From Gaiellaceae bacterium (lineage in GTDB: Bacteria; Actinomycetota; Thermoleophilia; Gaiellales; Gaiellaceae), in NCBI GenBank assembly GCA_035718485.1, contig DASTHC010000131.1, positions 1 through 60,560 on the forward strand: a DNA stretch of 60,560 bases, read 5' to 3'. Position 1 is the first letter of the stretch. Each line of letters opens with the position of its first letter. The notes under the pieces are model-generated. The model did not search any database and was not told the DNA's origin. It saw only the letters and a program-made list of their open reading frames with translations. This document shows positions 27,148-35,692 of the stretch, one piece after another. The translations under genes and the position numbers were made by a program.

Positions 27148-28413
27148 GTGCCCGCTGAGCTCGCGAGCCGACTGCAGCGCGAGATCCAGTCCGAGCTCGA
27201 AGCAGCTCTGTCGCGGTTGCGGGCACTCCGCGGCCGGCTCGAGGAGCGCGATCTCGATCCCGACGCACTCGAGCGCGACCTCGAAGGGGCGATCTCCGAC
27301 ATCGACGCGACGGAAGCGGCGCTCGTCGCGAGAGCGTCCGAGCTCGAGGACGCGATCCGATCGCTGAGCGCGGAGCTCGAGCTCGGGATCGCGGACCGCA
27401 CGCGCGAGCTCGCGGAGACGAGCGCTCGCCTCTCGACGGTCGTTCAGCAGCTTCCCGACGGCGTGCTCATCTTCGACGGCACGGGTGAGCTCCAGCTCGC
27501 CAACCGGCGTGCCGAGGCGCTCCTCGGGCAGCCTGCCGACCGGCTCGGGGTCGCGATCGACGCGATGCGCACGTCGCCCGGTTGGCCGCTCTTCCCCGTG
27601 CTGGAGACCGGCGAGCCGGCGAAGGTCGAGCGCCTCGAGCTCGACCGCAACGGGTCGACGCTCCTGGTGGAGGTCGACGTCGTGCCCGTGCGAAGCGACT
27701 CCGTGATCGTGGCGGTTGTTGTCGTCGTCAAGGACATCACCGATCGTGAGCGCCGCGACCGCGCGGAGCGCGACTTCGTCACGAACGCGGCTCACGAGCT
27801 TCAGACGCCGATCGCGGCGATCGCCTCGGCCGTCGACGTGCTCCAGGCGGGTGCGAAGGAACGTCCGGCGGACCGGGACCGGTTCCTGGGTCACATCGAG
27901 CGCGCGAGCACACGACTCGGCAAGCTCACGCGCGCTCTTCTCGTGCTGGCGCGCGCACAGAACCGCTCGGAGCAGCCGCGGACCGAGGTGATCCCGCTCG
28001 CCCCGCTGCTGCGCTCGATCGCCGAGATGACCGCCGGCCGTGCGATCGAGGTCAGCTGCCCGGACGACGCGGCCGTCATCGCCAACCGTCCGTTGCTCGA
28101 GCAGGCGCTCGCGAACCTGAGCGAGAACGCGGTCAAGTACGCCGGCGGTGAGGTGCGCCTCGCCGCCGGACAGGCGAACGGACGCGTGACGATCGACGTC
28201 GTCGACCGGGGGCCTGGCATCGCCGAAGCGCTCCAGTCGCACGTCTTCGAGCGCTTCTACCGCGGCGACGGCGAGATCGAGGGGTTCGGCCTCGGGCTCG
28301 CGATCGTCCGAGAGGCCGTTGACGCGCTCGGCGGCGAGCTCGCGTTGGACTCCGGGCCCGACGGCACGCGGGTCTCGATCGCCCTCCCCGCGGCACGGAT
28401 CCGCGCGACGTGA
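27148..28413 (+). CDS. cytoplasmic sensor histidine kinase (coiled-coil, PAS, HisKA, HATPase)
   Basis: H-box FVTNAAHELQTPIAAI, N-box LSENAVKY, G-boxes VDRGPGI and GFGLGLAIV. A PAS-like region lies around VVQQLPDGVLIFD. No TM segment is seen. Confidence 0.88.
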   Translation: MPAELASRLQREIQSELEAALSRLRALRGRLEERDLDPDALERDLEGAISDIDATEAALVARASELEDAIRSLSAELELGIADRTRELAETSARLSTVVQQLPDGVLIFDGTGELQLANRRAEALLGQPADRLGVAIDAMRTSPGWPLFPVLETGEPAKVERLELDRNGSTLLVEVDVVPVRSDSVIVAVVVVVKDITDRERRDRAERDFVTNAAHELQTPIAAIASAVDVLQAGAKERPADRDRFLGHIERASTRLGKLTRALLVLARAQNRSEQPRTEVIPLAPLLRSIAEMTAGRAIEVSCPDDAAVIANRPLLEQALANLSENAVKYAGGEVRLAAGQANGRVTIDVVDRGPGIAEALQSHVFERFYRGDGEIEGFGLGLAIVREAVDALGGELALDSGPDGTRVSIALPAARIRAT

Positions 28414-29093
28414 CGCGCATTCTCGTGGCAGAAGACGAGCCTGCGATTCTCGATGCGGTCGCGTACACCCTGCGCGGCGAGGGCTACGAGGTCGAGACCG
28501 TGGAGGACGGCGAGAAGGTGCTCGCGCACGCGCATCACGACGAGTTCGACCTGCTGATCCTCGACCTGATGCTCCCGAAGCTCTCGGGGATCGAGGTCCT
28601 TCGCCGAGTGCGAAGCACGAGTGCGCTTCCCGTGATCGTGCTGACCGCAAGGGCAGCCGAGGCCGACCGCGTGCTCGGGCTCGAGATCGGCGCTGACGAC
28701 TACGTCACCAAGCCGTTCTCGATGGCGGAGCTCCTGAGCCGTGTCAGGGCGATCCTCCGCAGGCGCGAGCTGGACCGCGGCTCGCCGAACGGGCCGATCC
28801 GCGTCGGCGGTCTCGAGCTCGACCCGTACCGCCATCGCGTCGTCGTCGACGGTGATCCGCGCCATGTCACGCGCTCCGAGTTCAAGCTGCTGGCGCTGCT
28901 CGCCTCCGAGCCCGAACGACCGTTCTCGCGACGTGAGCTGATGCAGCACCTTTGGGAGAGCGACTACGTGGGCGACCAGCGCGCGTGCGACATCCACATC
29001 TCGAACCTCCGCCGGAAGGTCGAGCGAGATCCGACTCGACCAGAGCGGATCGCGACCGTTCGTGGGGTCGGGTACAAGCTCGTCCCCGTGTGA
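28410..29093 (+). CDS. OmpR/PhoB-family response regulator
   Basis: Receiver motifs ILVAEDE, DLLILDLMLP and YVTKPF. Winged helix TRSEFKLLALL...VRGVGYKL. GTGA overlap with the kinase gene. Confidence 0.92.
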   Translation: MTRILVAEDEPAILDAVAYTLRGEGYEVETVEDGEKVLAHAHHDEFDLLILDLMLPKLSGIEVLRRVRSTSALPVIVLTARAAEADRVLGLEIGADDYVTKPFSMAELLSRVRAILRRRELDRGSPNGPIRVGGLELDPYRHRVVVDGDPRHVTRSEFKLLALLASEPERPFSRRELMQHLWESDYVGDQRACDIHISNLRRKVERDPTRPERIATVRGVGYKLVPV

Positions 29094-29150
29094 GCGAACC
29101 CAAAGAGAAGCCTGGGCAAACGCCAACCCGCGCGGAGCTAGCTTGCAGTT

Positions 29151-29534
29151 GTGGACCTGGACCCCCTGCGGTTCCGAATGACGTCGGTGCACGTCACGGA
29201 CTCTGCGTACGTCCTGGCCCTCGCGGGGGAGGTCGACCTTGCGCAGGCGGCCGAGCTCGACGCCGAACTGGCTTCGCTGCTGAGCGAGGGTGCGAGCCAC
29301 GTCATCGTCGATCTGCTCGAAGTGCCATTCCTTGAGTCGAGCGCGCTCGGCGTCCTTGTCCGCTACTCGAAACTGCTGCGGGCGAAGGACGGCGACCTCA
29401 CGCTCGTGACGGACGATGCACGCATCACGCGAGTGATCGAGATCACGGGGCTCTCGTCGCACTTCCGGTTCGAGCGGACGCTGGGCGATGCGATCGAGGC
29501 GCCGCACCCGCCCCGCGCAGCGTTCAGCGCCTAG
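29151..29534 (+). CDS. STAS-domain protein (anti-sigma-factor antagonist, SpoIIAA-like)
   Basis: 127 aa, ...VLALAGEVDLAQAAELDAEL...VIVDLLEVPFLESSALGVLV...ITRVIEITGL. Confidence 0.78.
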   Translation: MDLDPLRFRMTSVHVTDSAYVLALAGEVDLAQAAELDAELASLLSEGASHVIVDLLEVPFLESSALGVLVRYSKLLRAKDGDLTLVTDDARITRVIEITGLSSHFRFERTLGDAIEAPHPPRAAFSA

Positions 29535-31522
29535 GGCTTTTTCGTCTTCTTCGGCGCCGCGACCGAGAACGTCGGCTTCGCCGCGACGATCCGCGTCGGG
29601 TCCGACCAGCCCATGTACTGCGCGTTCGCCGGCAGCCGCCAGCTGACGCCTCGCACGCGGTACCACCAGGTGCCCGGCGTGAGCGGAAGCACGGCCGACG
29701 TGGCGAGCGTCAGGAACCCAGCGGTGCCTCCGGAGAGCTCCGGCTTGAACGGGTAGCGCTTCTTGCTCCACTGCACGTGGTACGCGTCCGCGCCGAGCGC
29801 AGGCGTCCACGCGACGAGCGGCGCGCCGTAGAACGATGACGCGCTTCCGGTCGCCGAGACGAGGCGGCCCTTCGGCGAGAGCCCCGACGCGAACGGCGCG
29901 CCCGCGGTCACGAGCGTCGGCTCGCTGCTCTTGCCGAAGCGCATCACGCGGCCCGACGCGCAGACCTCCTGCGGAAGCTCGAGGTCGCGGTAGATGAGGT
30001 TGCCGGTCGTGCGGACGACGCCTTCGCCGACGCCGTGCGCCTGCTTGAGCGCGGTTGCGAGGCTGAGGATCGTCCCGTTCACGGCGGTGACCGTGACGGT
30101 CTCCTGGTTCGACGCGTTGCCGATCTTCACGACGTCGCCCGGTGCGAAGCCGCCCGCGACGGCGACGGTCAGGTCGAGCGCTCCGATCGCCGTGCCGGCG
30201 CCGCTGACCGTCGTCTCGAACGGGTTCGGGTTGACCGCCTCGACGGGGACGACCGTCCAGTAGTAGCCGCCCTCCGGCCAGTTCGAGTCCCAGAGGTCGA
30301 CGGGCGCGCCGAGGTCGCCGCCCACGGTGATGCCGCCGGACGAGGGTGCCGGCGTGGTCGTCGGTGTGGTCGGGGTCGCCGGCGCGGCGGGCGGCGCGGG
30401 CGCTGCAGGATCCGCTGCCGCGGCAGCCGGGAGGCTCGTCGTGAGCTGCGGCTGCGGCAGCGACTCGGTCGGCGTGAGCGCCTCGAAGTCGGCGGTGTAC
30501 GTCGAGCCCTGGTCGCCGTCGCTCAGGTACGAGCCGCGCGCGAGCGCGAGCGAGGCGGAGTCCTTCGGGAGCGTCTGCGGGCCGTACGAGCGCGGCGCAT
30601 AGGCCGGCGCGCCCGTCACCGCGCCGGTGAAGACGCGGTTGACGCAGTCGCGGTCGGTGAAGACATAGACGCGGTAGAGCTCGGCGTCGGCGCCGGCGAA
30701 ACTGCGGTTGCCGCTGTAGACGAACGCCGGCATCAGCCGGTGCGCAGGGTCGGTCGAGAAGCCCTTCGAGACGACGTCGGACACGGTCGCGAAGCCGTTC
30801 AGCGCACCGACCGCGAAGGGCGGGTTCACGGACTCGTAGACCGGGCTCCAGGGGCCGAACGACGTCGCGGGCAGCGCGTTCTGCCGGATCTTGCCGCCGC
30901 TCGAGATGTCCGAGCGCACCGTCCGGATGCGCCAGCGCACCTTGCCGGTCCAGGGCGCGGACTGGTGGAACGTCCAGAACTCGCGCTCGTCCATCACGTT
31001 CCCGCGGATGCGGACGATCTTCGGGATGTCGATCAGCCAGACGTCGTACGCCTGCGAGCCCTCGACCGGCGTCCAACGCAGCAGCCCGGGGTAGCTCGTG
31101 AGGGGTCGAGGGACGTCGGCCTGGCGCATGTTGAAGCCGAAGGGCTTGCTCCAGTTCGTCGCGCCGCCGGGAACGACCGCGCGCACGCGGGCGTAGAGCG
31201 AGTAGGGCGAGCCCGTGATCCACGGCAGCGTCAGCGTGAGCGATGCGACGGGCGACTTCAGCTCGGAGTCGGAGTAGATGATCCCGTTCTCGCGGAACGT
31301 GCTGCTCGTCGCGAGCTCGAACTCGTAGCGCTGCGCGCCGCGCACCGGCGCCCACGCGAACGCGGGCGTGCGCGAGTACTCGTGCCTGAGCGGCTCGTCG
31401 GCGCGAAAGAGGAACGCGCGGAGGCTCTGCGGACCGGCCTTCGTCGCGGCGGGAGCCGCGTTCGCCGACGTGGTCAGGAGCAGCGCTGCGAGCAGCGCAA
31501 CGAGGAGGCGGGCCGGTGCCAT
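29531..31522 (-). CDS. large secreted protein of unknown function with three W-x-P-[VA]-x-G-x-x-x-Y (FN3-like) modules and a Pro/Thr/Ala linker
   Basis: 663 aa. Signal peptide MAPARLLVALLAALLLTTSANAA. Modules FAWAPVRGAQRYEFEL, LRWTPVEGSQAYDVWL and VAWTPALGADAYHVQW. Linker AAAADPAAPAPPAAPATPTTPTTTPAP. Confidence 0.7.
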   Translation of the reverse strand: MAPARLLVALLAALLLTTSANAAPAATKAGPQSLRAFLFRADEPLRHEYSRTPAFAWAPVRGAQRYEFELATSSTFRENGIIYSDSELKSPVASLTLTLPWITGSPYSLYARVRAVVPGGATNWSKPFGFNMRQADVPRPLTSYPGLLRWTPVEGSQAYDVWLIDIPKIVRIRGNVMDEREFWTFHQSAPWTGKVRWRIRTVRSDISSGGKIRQNALPATSFGPWSPVYESVNPPFAVGALNGFATVSDVVSKGFSTDPAHRLMPAFVYSGNRSFAGADAELYRVYVFTDRDCVNRVFTGAVTGAPAYAPRSYGPQTLPKDSASLALARGSYLSDGDQGSTYTADFEALTPTESLPQPQLTTSLPAAAAADPAAPAPPAAPATPTTPTTTPAPSSGGITVGGDLGAPVDLWDSNWPEGGYYWTVVPVEAVNPNPFETTVSGAGTAIGALDLTVAVAGGFAPGDVVKIGNASNQETVTVTAVNGTILSLATALKQAHGVGEGVVRTTGNLIYRDLELPQEVCASGRVMRFGKSSEPTLVTAGAPFASGLSPKGRLVSATGSASSFYGAPLVAWTPALGADAYHVQWSKKRYPFKPELSGGTAGFLTLATSAVLPLTPGTWWYRVRGVSWRLPANAQYMGWSDPTRIVAAKPTFSVAAPKKTKKP

Positions 31523-31543
31523 CCCTTGGTGTTTCGGCAGTTT

Positions 31544-32521
31544 CTAAGCCGTGGCTGTCCCTCGAACGAGGGATGCCCCGGCCGCCAGGACGCGCGCGTC
31601 GTCCCCGGGCCTGCCGACGAGCTGCACCGACGCCGGCAGCCCGTCTTCGGCCGAGCCGCAGGGAAGCGCGAGCGCGGGCCAGCCGAGCAGGCTGAACGGA
31701 TACGTGAGGCTGATCCCGCGCCGGCGGAACGCGATCTCGTCTGCGTCGGCGGGCGGCGGGACGAACGGCGTCGTCGGGGTGAGCACGAGGTCGACGGCGT
31801 CGGTCGCCTCGAGGAACCGGTCGCGGAGCTCCGCCCGTCGATCGCGCGCGCGCGCCGCGTCGGCGTCGGTGACGGCGAGGCAGGCTTCGATCTTCGGGCG
31901 GACGTTGTCCCCGTACGAGTCGGCGTGCTCGGCGAAGAGCTCGCGGTGGACGTCGGCGGCCTCGTGCATGAAGGCGGTGTACGTGTCCTCGTAGGTCGCT
32001 TCGGGCGACGGGAGGTCGATCGGCGTCCGCTGTGGGAATCGAGAGGCGATCTCCTCTGCGCGAGCCCGCACGAGCGGGTCGGCGAGCTCCGTCCAGGCTA
32101 TGCCGACGCGCAGGTCCTCGAGCGCCGCGGTCGTCGGGTCGAAGCCCGGGACGAGCGCGAGCATCGCCTGCTCGCACGCCTCGACCGTCGTCGCCATCGG
32201 CCCGGCCGTGTCGTAACTCGGCGCGAGCGGGAAGCAGCCGTCGAGCGGCACGAGGCCCCACGTCGGCTTGAACCCGACGACCCCGCACCACGCCGCGGGG
32301 ATGCGAATCGACCCCGCCGAGTCGGTGCCGAGCGCGACCTCGGCGAGGCCCGCGGCAAGCGCCGCGCCGTTTCCGCCGCTCGATCCGCCCGCGAGGCGCC
32401 CGGGGGCGGCCGGGTTCGGAACGGTGCCGAAGTGGGGGTTCTGCGACGAGATCCCGTACGCGAACTCGTGCAGGTTCGTCTTGCCGACGTTCGCGTACCC
32501 CGCGACCTCCAGCCGCCGCAC
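31544..32521 (-). CDS. amidase-signature (AS) family amidase; the annotated start is probably too short or the gene is 5'-truncated
   Basis: GGSSGG plus the GTDSAGSIRIPAAWCG core. The track starts at GTG 32521, but the in-frame upstream sequence is typical AS N-terminal core (ALVVKDLFDTAGLTTTYGS) back to the stop at 32696-32698. That stretch has no canonical start. Confidence 0.75.
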   Translation of the reverse strand: MRRLEVAGYANVGKTNLHEFAYGISSQNPHFGTVPNPAAPGRLAGGSSGGNGAALAAGLAEVALGTDSAGSIRIPAAWCGVVGFKPTWGLVPLDGCFPLAPSYDTAGPMATTVEACEQAMLALVPGFDPTTAALEDLRVGIAWTELADPLVRARAEEIASRFPQRTPIDLPSPEATYEDTYTAFMHEAADVHRELFAEHADSYGDNVRPKIEACLAVTDADAARARDRRAELRDRFLEATDAVDLVLTPTTPFVPPPADADEIAFRRRGISLTYPFSLLGWPALALPCGSAEDGLPASVQLVGRPGDDARVLAAGASLVRGTATA

Positions 32522-32687
32522 CGCCTCCGCGCTCTCCTTGGGGACGTGGTCGACGAAGAGGATCGACCCGTACGTCGTCGTCAGCCCGGCCGTGTCGAAC
32601 AGGTCCTTGACGACGAGGGCGGTGCCGGAAGGCGGCTCGCTCGGCCGCGCGAGGAAGATGGCGTCCAGGTCGCGCGTGCGCGCGACT

Positions 32688-34283
32688 CTACTTCGTCAGG
32701 AGGAGCTTGCGGGTGACGGTCGCGCCGCGTTCGCCGGTCGGCGAGACGCTCGTCAGCGTGAGGCTGCCGAGGGCGGCGAGCGTGCGGAGGACGTTCTTCG
32801 GGAGGGTGAAGCGAAGGTCGTTGTTGCCGGTCCGCAGCGTCCGCGAGCCGAGTTCGAGCCCGCCGAGGTCCGCCTGGAGGCTGCCCATGCCGCTCGAGAA
32901 GACGACGAGCCGCACGACGCGCTTCTTGCGGGAGACGCGGAGCGTCTCCGGCCCGTAGACGGAGATCGACGGCGCCTCCTCGCCCTCGGGCGCCTGGATC
33001 GTCGGGCCGGTGTAGGTGCCGGCGGGCGGAGGCTTCGACGTGACGAACGTGCTCTTGTCCACCGTCAGCGAGGCGGAGACCTTGAAGACCGCCGCGTCGA
33101 CCATCGCGCTCGGGTTCGGCAGCGAGAGCATCCCGACGTCCGACCACGAGCACGTGTCCCACGGCACGGTGATCGACGCGGTCGACCCGCTGACCGCGAG
33201 TGGTTGCACCGGGCTGTCGGCCGCCGTCCACCGGTAGACCGGGCGCGCGCCGAGCCCCGACGGGAACGAGACGGTGATCATGAGCGTGGCCGCGTAGCAC
33301 GGGCCGTCGCTCGTGCCCGTCCCGCGCTGGAACGCGAGGTACCGGGCCGCGAGGTGGTTCACGGCGATGGTCTGCGTGCCGAGCCCGCCGGTCGCCGAGC
33401 CCGTGGGGACGAGCTTGTAGACGGCCGGCAGCGTCGCCTTCAGGCCGGGCGCCGAGTAGCCGCCGGAAAGGTTCGTGGTGGTGAAGTCGCCGAACGCGTC
33501 GCCGAGTGTCGCGCCCTTGTCCTGGAGCGCCGCGATCAGCAGGTCGGAGCCCGTGAGCGACGGGTCGTTCAGCGTCTTCCCCTTCTGGAACAGGTCGAAG
33601 ACGGCGTTACCGCCGTAGCGCTCGGTCAGGTACTCGTAGAAGGTCCAGCGCGAGTAGCCGTTGTTCTCGTAGCCCGTGAGGCCGCAGGCGCCGCCGCTGC
33701 AGGTGAGCGACATGTCCGGCGCACCGACGGTGTCGGCGAGCGGGACGGGGTCCTCGAGGCCCATGTCGACGGTGAGCGGGAAGCCGAGCACGCGGAACGC
33801 GGCCCACTCGGCACTCGCTTCCACGACTGACGGCTCCATCGGGACCCAGAGTGAGTACTGGACGAGGTGGAAGAGCTCGTGCGCCGCCACATGGAGGTCG
33901 CGGACGGAGTTGTCGTCGATGTAGAGGTAGCCGGAGCTCTGGCCCGCGCTCGGGTTGTCGGCCCACGCGAGGCCGAGGTAGTTGAGGCCGGAGGTGTCGA
34001 CGACGAAGACGTCGATCTTCCCGTCGCCGTCGTCGAGCGGCGCGGGGTAGCCCCAGTCCCAGACCATCGTCGAGTAGGCCTGCTCGAGGTTGCCGGCGAG
34101 GTCGGCGGCGTCCTGGTGGATGACCGAGACGCCTGGCGGGAGCACCTGTCCCGCGTAGTGGATCTGGAAGTGCTGGCTCGTCAGCGTCTCGGGCAGCCCG
34201 AGGACGCGCGTTGCATGCGCAGGCGACGCCCAGATCGCGCTGAGCGCGGCGACGAGCAGGCAGAGACGGACGATCGGCCGCAT
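32688..34283 (-). CDS. secreted putative zinc metalloprotease (HExxH)
   Basis: 531 aa. Signal peptide MRPIVRLCLLVAALSAIWASPAHA. HExxH appears as VAAHELFHLVQ. A long beta-rich C-terminal region follows. Confidence 0.65.
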   Translation of the reverse strand: MRPIVRLCLLVAALSAIWASPAHATRVLGLPETLTSQHFQIHYAGQVLPPGVSVIHQDAADLAGNLEQAYSTMVWDWGYPAPLDDGDGKIDVFVVDTSGLNYLGLAWADNPSAGQSSGYLYIDDNSVRDLHVAAHELFHLVQYSLWVPMEPSVVEASAEWAAFRVLGFPLTVDMGLEDPVPLADTVGAPDMSLTCSGGACGLTGYENNGYSRWTFYEYLTERYGGNAVFDLFQKGKTLNDPSLTGSDLLIAALQDKGATLGDAFGDFTTTNLSGGYSAPGLKATLPAVYKLVPTGSATGGLGTQTIAVNHLAARYLAFQRGTGTSDGPCYAATLMITVSFPSGLGARPVYRWTAADSPVQPLAVSGSTASITVPWDTCSWSDVGMLSLPNPSAMVDAAVFKVSASLTVDKSTFVTSKPPPAGTYTGPTIQAPEGEEAPSISVYGPETLRVSRKKRVVRLVVFSSGMGSLQADLGGLELGSRTLRTGNNDLRFTLPKNVLRTLAALGSLTLTSVSPTGERGATVTRKLLLTK

Positions 34284-34322
34284 CGAGAGCCAGATCGGCT
34301 CCGCTGCGTCCCGCCTTGAGCC

Positions 34323-34442
34323 TTAGTCGAGGGCTAAATAGAGGAGCGCGACCGCGAAGGAGCCGGCGAAGAGCAGGATGAAGAGGGCGAAGAGGCCCCA
34401 GCCGATGAGGAGGCTCCGCTGCTCGTTCTCGCGGTCGGTCAC
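34323..34442 (-). CDS. 39-aa single-TM hydrophobic peptide coupled to ctaB (possible oxidase-associated small subunit)
   Basis: VTDRENEQRSLLIGWGLFALFILLFAGSFAVALLYLALD. GTG 34442 overlaps the ctaB TGA (GTGA). Confidence 0.45.
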   Translation of the reverse strand: MTDRENEQRSLLIGWGLFALFILLFAGSFAVALLYLALD

Positions 34443-35692
34443 GCGACGAGGGGGTCGAGGGCCAGGGCGACGAAGAGGAGCGCGAGGTAGGCCAGCGAGT
34501 AGTGGAAGAGCACCGCGGCGCGTCTCGGCACGAGCTCGGCGCGGAGCCGCCACGCGAGCCAGAGGAAGATGCCGCCGAGGACGAGCGCGCTCGCGAGGTA
34601 CGGCACGCCCGACATCCCGATCGCGAACGGGACGAGCGTGACCGCAATCAGCACGAGCGTGTAGAGCACGATCTGCTTCACGGTCTCCCGTTCGCCGCGG
34701 ACGACGGGGAGCATCGGGATCCGTGCGTTCTCGTAGTCGCGCTTGATCAGCAGTGCGAGAGCCCAGAAGTGCGGCGGCGTCCAGAAGAACACGATCGCGA
34801 AGAGCGCGAGCGCGGGCAGCGTCAGGTTGCCGGTCGCAGCGGCCCAGCCGACGAGCGGCGGCACCGCGCCCGCCGCGCCGCCGATCACGATGTTCTGCGG
34901 CGTCGAACGCTTCAGCCAGCGGGTGTAGACGAGCACGTAGAAGAGGTTCCCGACGAGCGCGAGCACCGCGGTCAGGACGTTCGTCAGGCTGCCGAGCAGG
35001 ACGAACGAGAACGCCGAGAGCGCGAGTCCGAACTCGAGCGCGCGCTCGGGCGCGATGCGGCCGGTCGCGACGGGACGCGAGCGCGTCCGCTTGCCCATCA
35101 GCTTGTCGATGTCCCGGTCGAGGACATGGTTGAGCGCGCTCGCGCCGCCGCAGGCCAGCGCGAGGCCGACGAGCATCGCCGCGAAGTCGCCGAGCGGCGG
35201 GACGCCTTCCGCGCCGACGAACATCCCGCACGCGCCGGTCAGGAGCAGCAGCGACATGATCCGCGGCTTCGTCAGCGTGACGTAGTCGCGCCACGCGCCG
35301 ACGGGGCCGATGTCGCCGCGGTGGAGCTGCGCGGTGGCGACGGCGATCACCGCGAGCGCGATGCCTGCGGCCGCGACGTGGGCGGCGCCCGCCCACCACG
35401 TCCCGATCGCGACGAGGAACGAGCCGAGCGCGGCGACCGTCCACGGCAGGAGCTCTCGGTGCGCGGTCCACGCAGCGACGACGAGCGCGGCGAGCGGCGG
35501 GATCGCAATGACCGCGAGCGCTCGGTGCGCGATGCCGAGCGAGCCGCTCGCGACGGTCGCGACGGCGGCGGCCGTGGCGGTGAGGCCGCAAAGGCGCAGC
35601 CACGGGCCGGCCGCGGAGCGGCCTGTCCGCGGAGCGGACCAGGGGAGGGGGTCCGGGGGAACCGGGAGGTTCCACCGGCGCGCATCACTCAC
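34439..35692 (-). CDS. ctaB: protoheme IX farnesyltransferase (heme O synthase) with a ~125-aa 4-TM N-terminal extension
   Basis: UbiA motifs NHVLDRDIDKLM and FFWTPPHFWALAL. GTG 35692 overlaps the ctaD TGA. The extension has His-Arg at its TM ends (IAHRAL, TAHREL, QLHRGD). Confidence 0.88.
   Translation of the reverse strand: MSDARRWNLPVPPDPLPWSAPRTGRSAAGPWLRLCGLTATAAAVATVASGSLGIAHRALAVIAIPPLAALVVAAWTAHRELLPWTVAALGSFLVAIGTWWAGAAHVAAAGIALAVIAVATAQLHRGDIGPVGAWRDYVTLTKPRIMSLLLLTGACGMFVGAEGVPPLGDFAAMLVGLALACGGASALNHVLDRDIDKLMGKRTRSRPVATGRIAPERALEFGLALSAFSFVLLGSLTNVLTAVLALVGNLFYVLVYTRWLKRSTPQNIVIGGAAGAVPPLVGWAAATGNLTLPALALFAIVFFWTPPHFWALALLIKRDYENARIPMLPVVRGERETVKQIVLYTLVLIAVTLVPFAIGMSGVPYLASALVLGGIFLWLAWRLRAELVPRRAAVLFHYSLAYLALLFVALALDPLVA

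Noticed and set aside
28257-32291. 1344-aa ORF on the - strand
   Set aside because: It has the same Arg-rich shadow composition. It overlaps the response regulator and STAS genes in antisense and is out of frame with the secreted protein and amidase, which have clear motifs.
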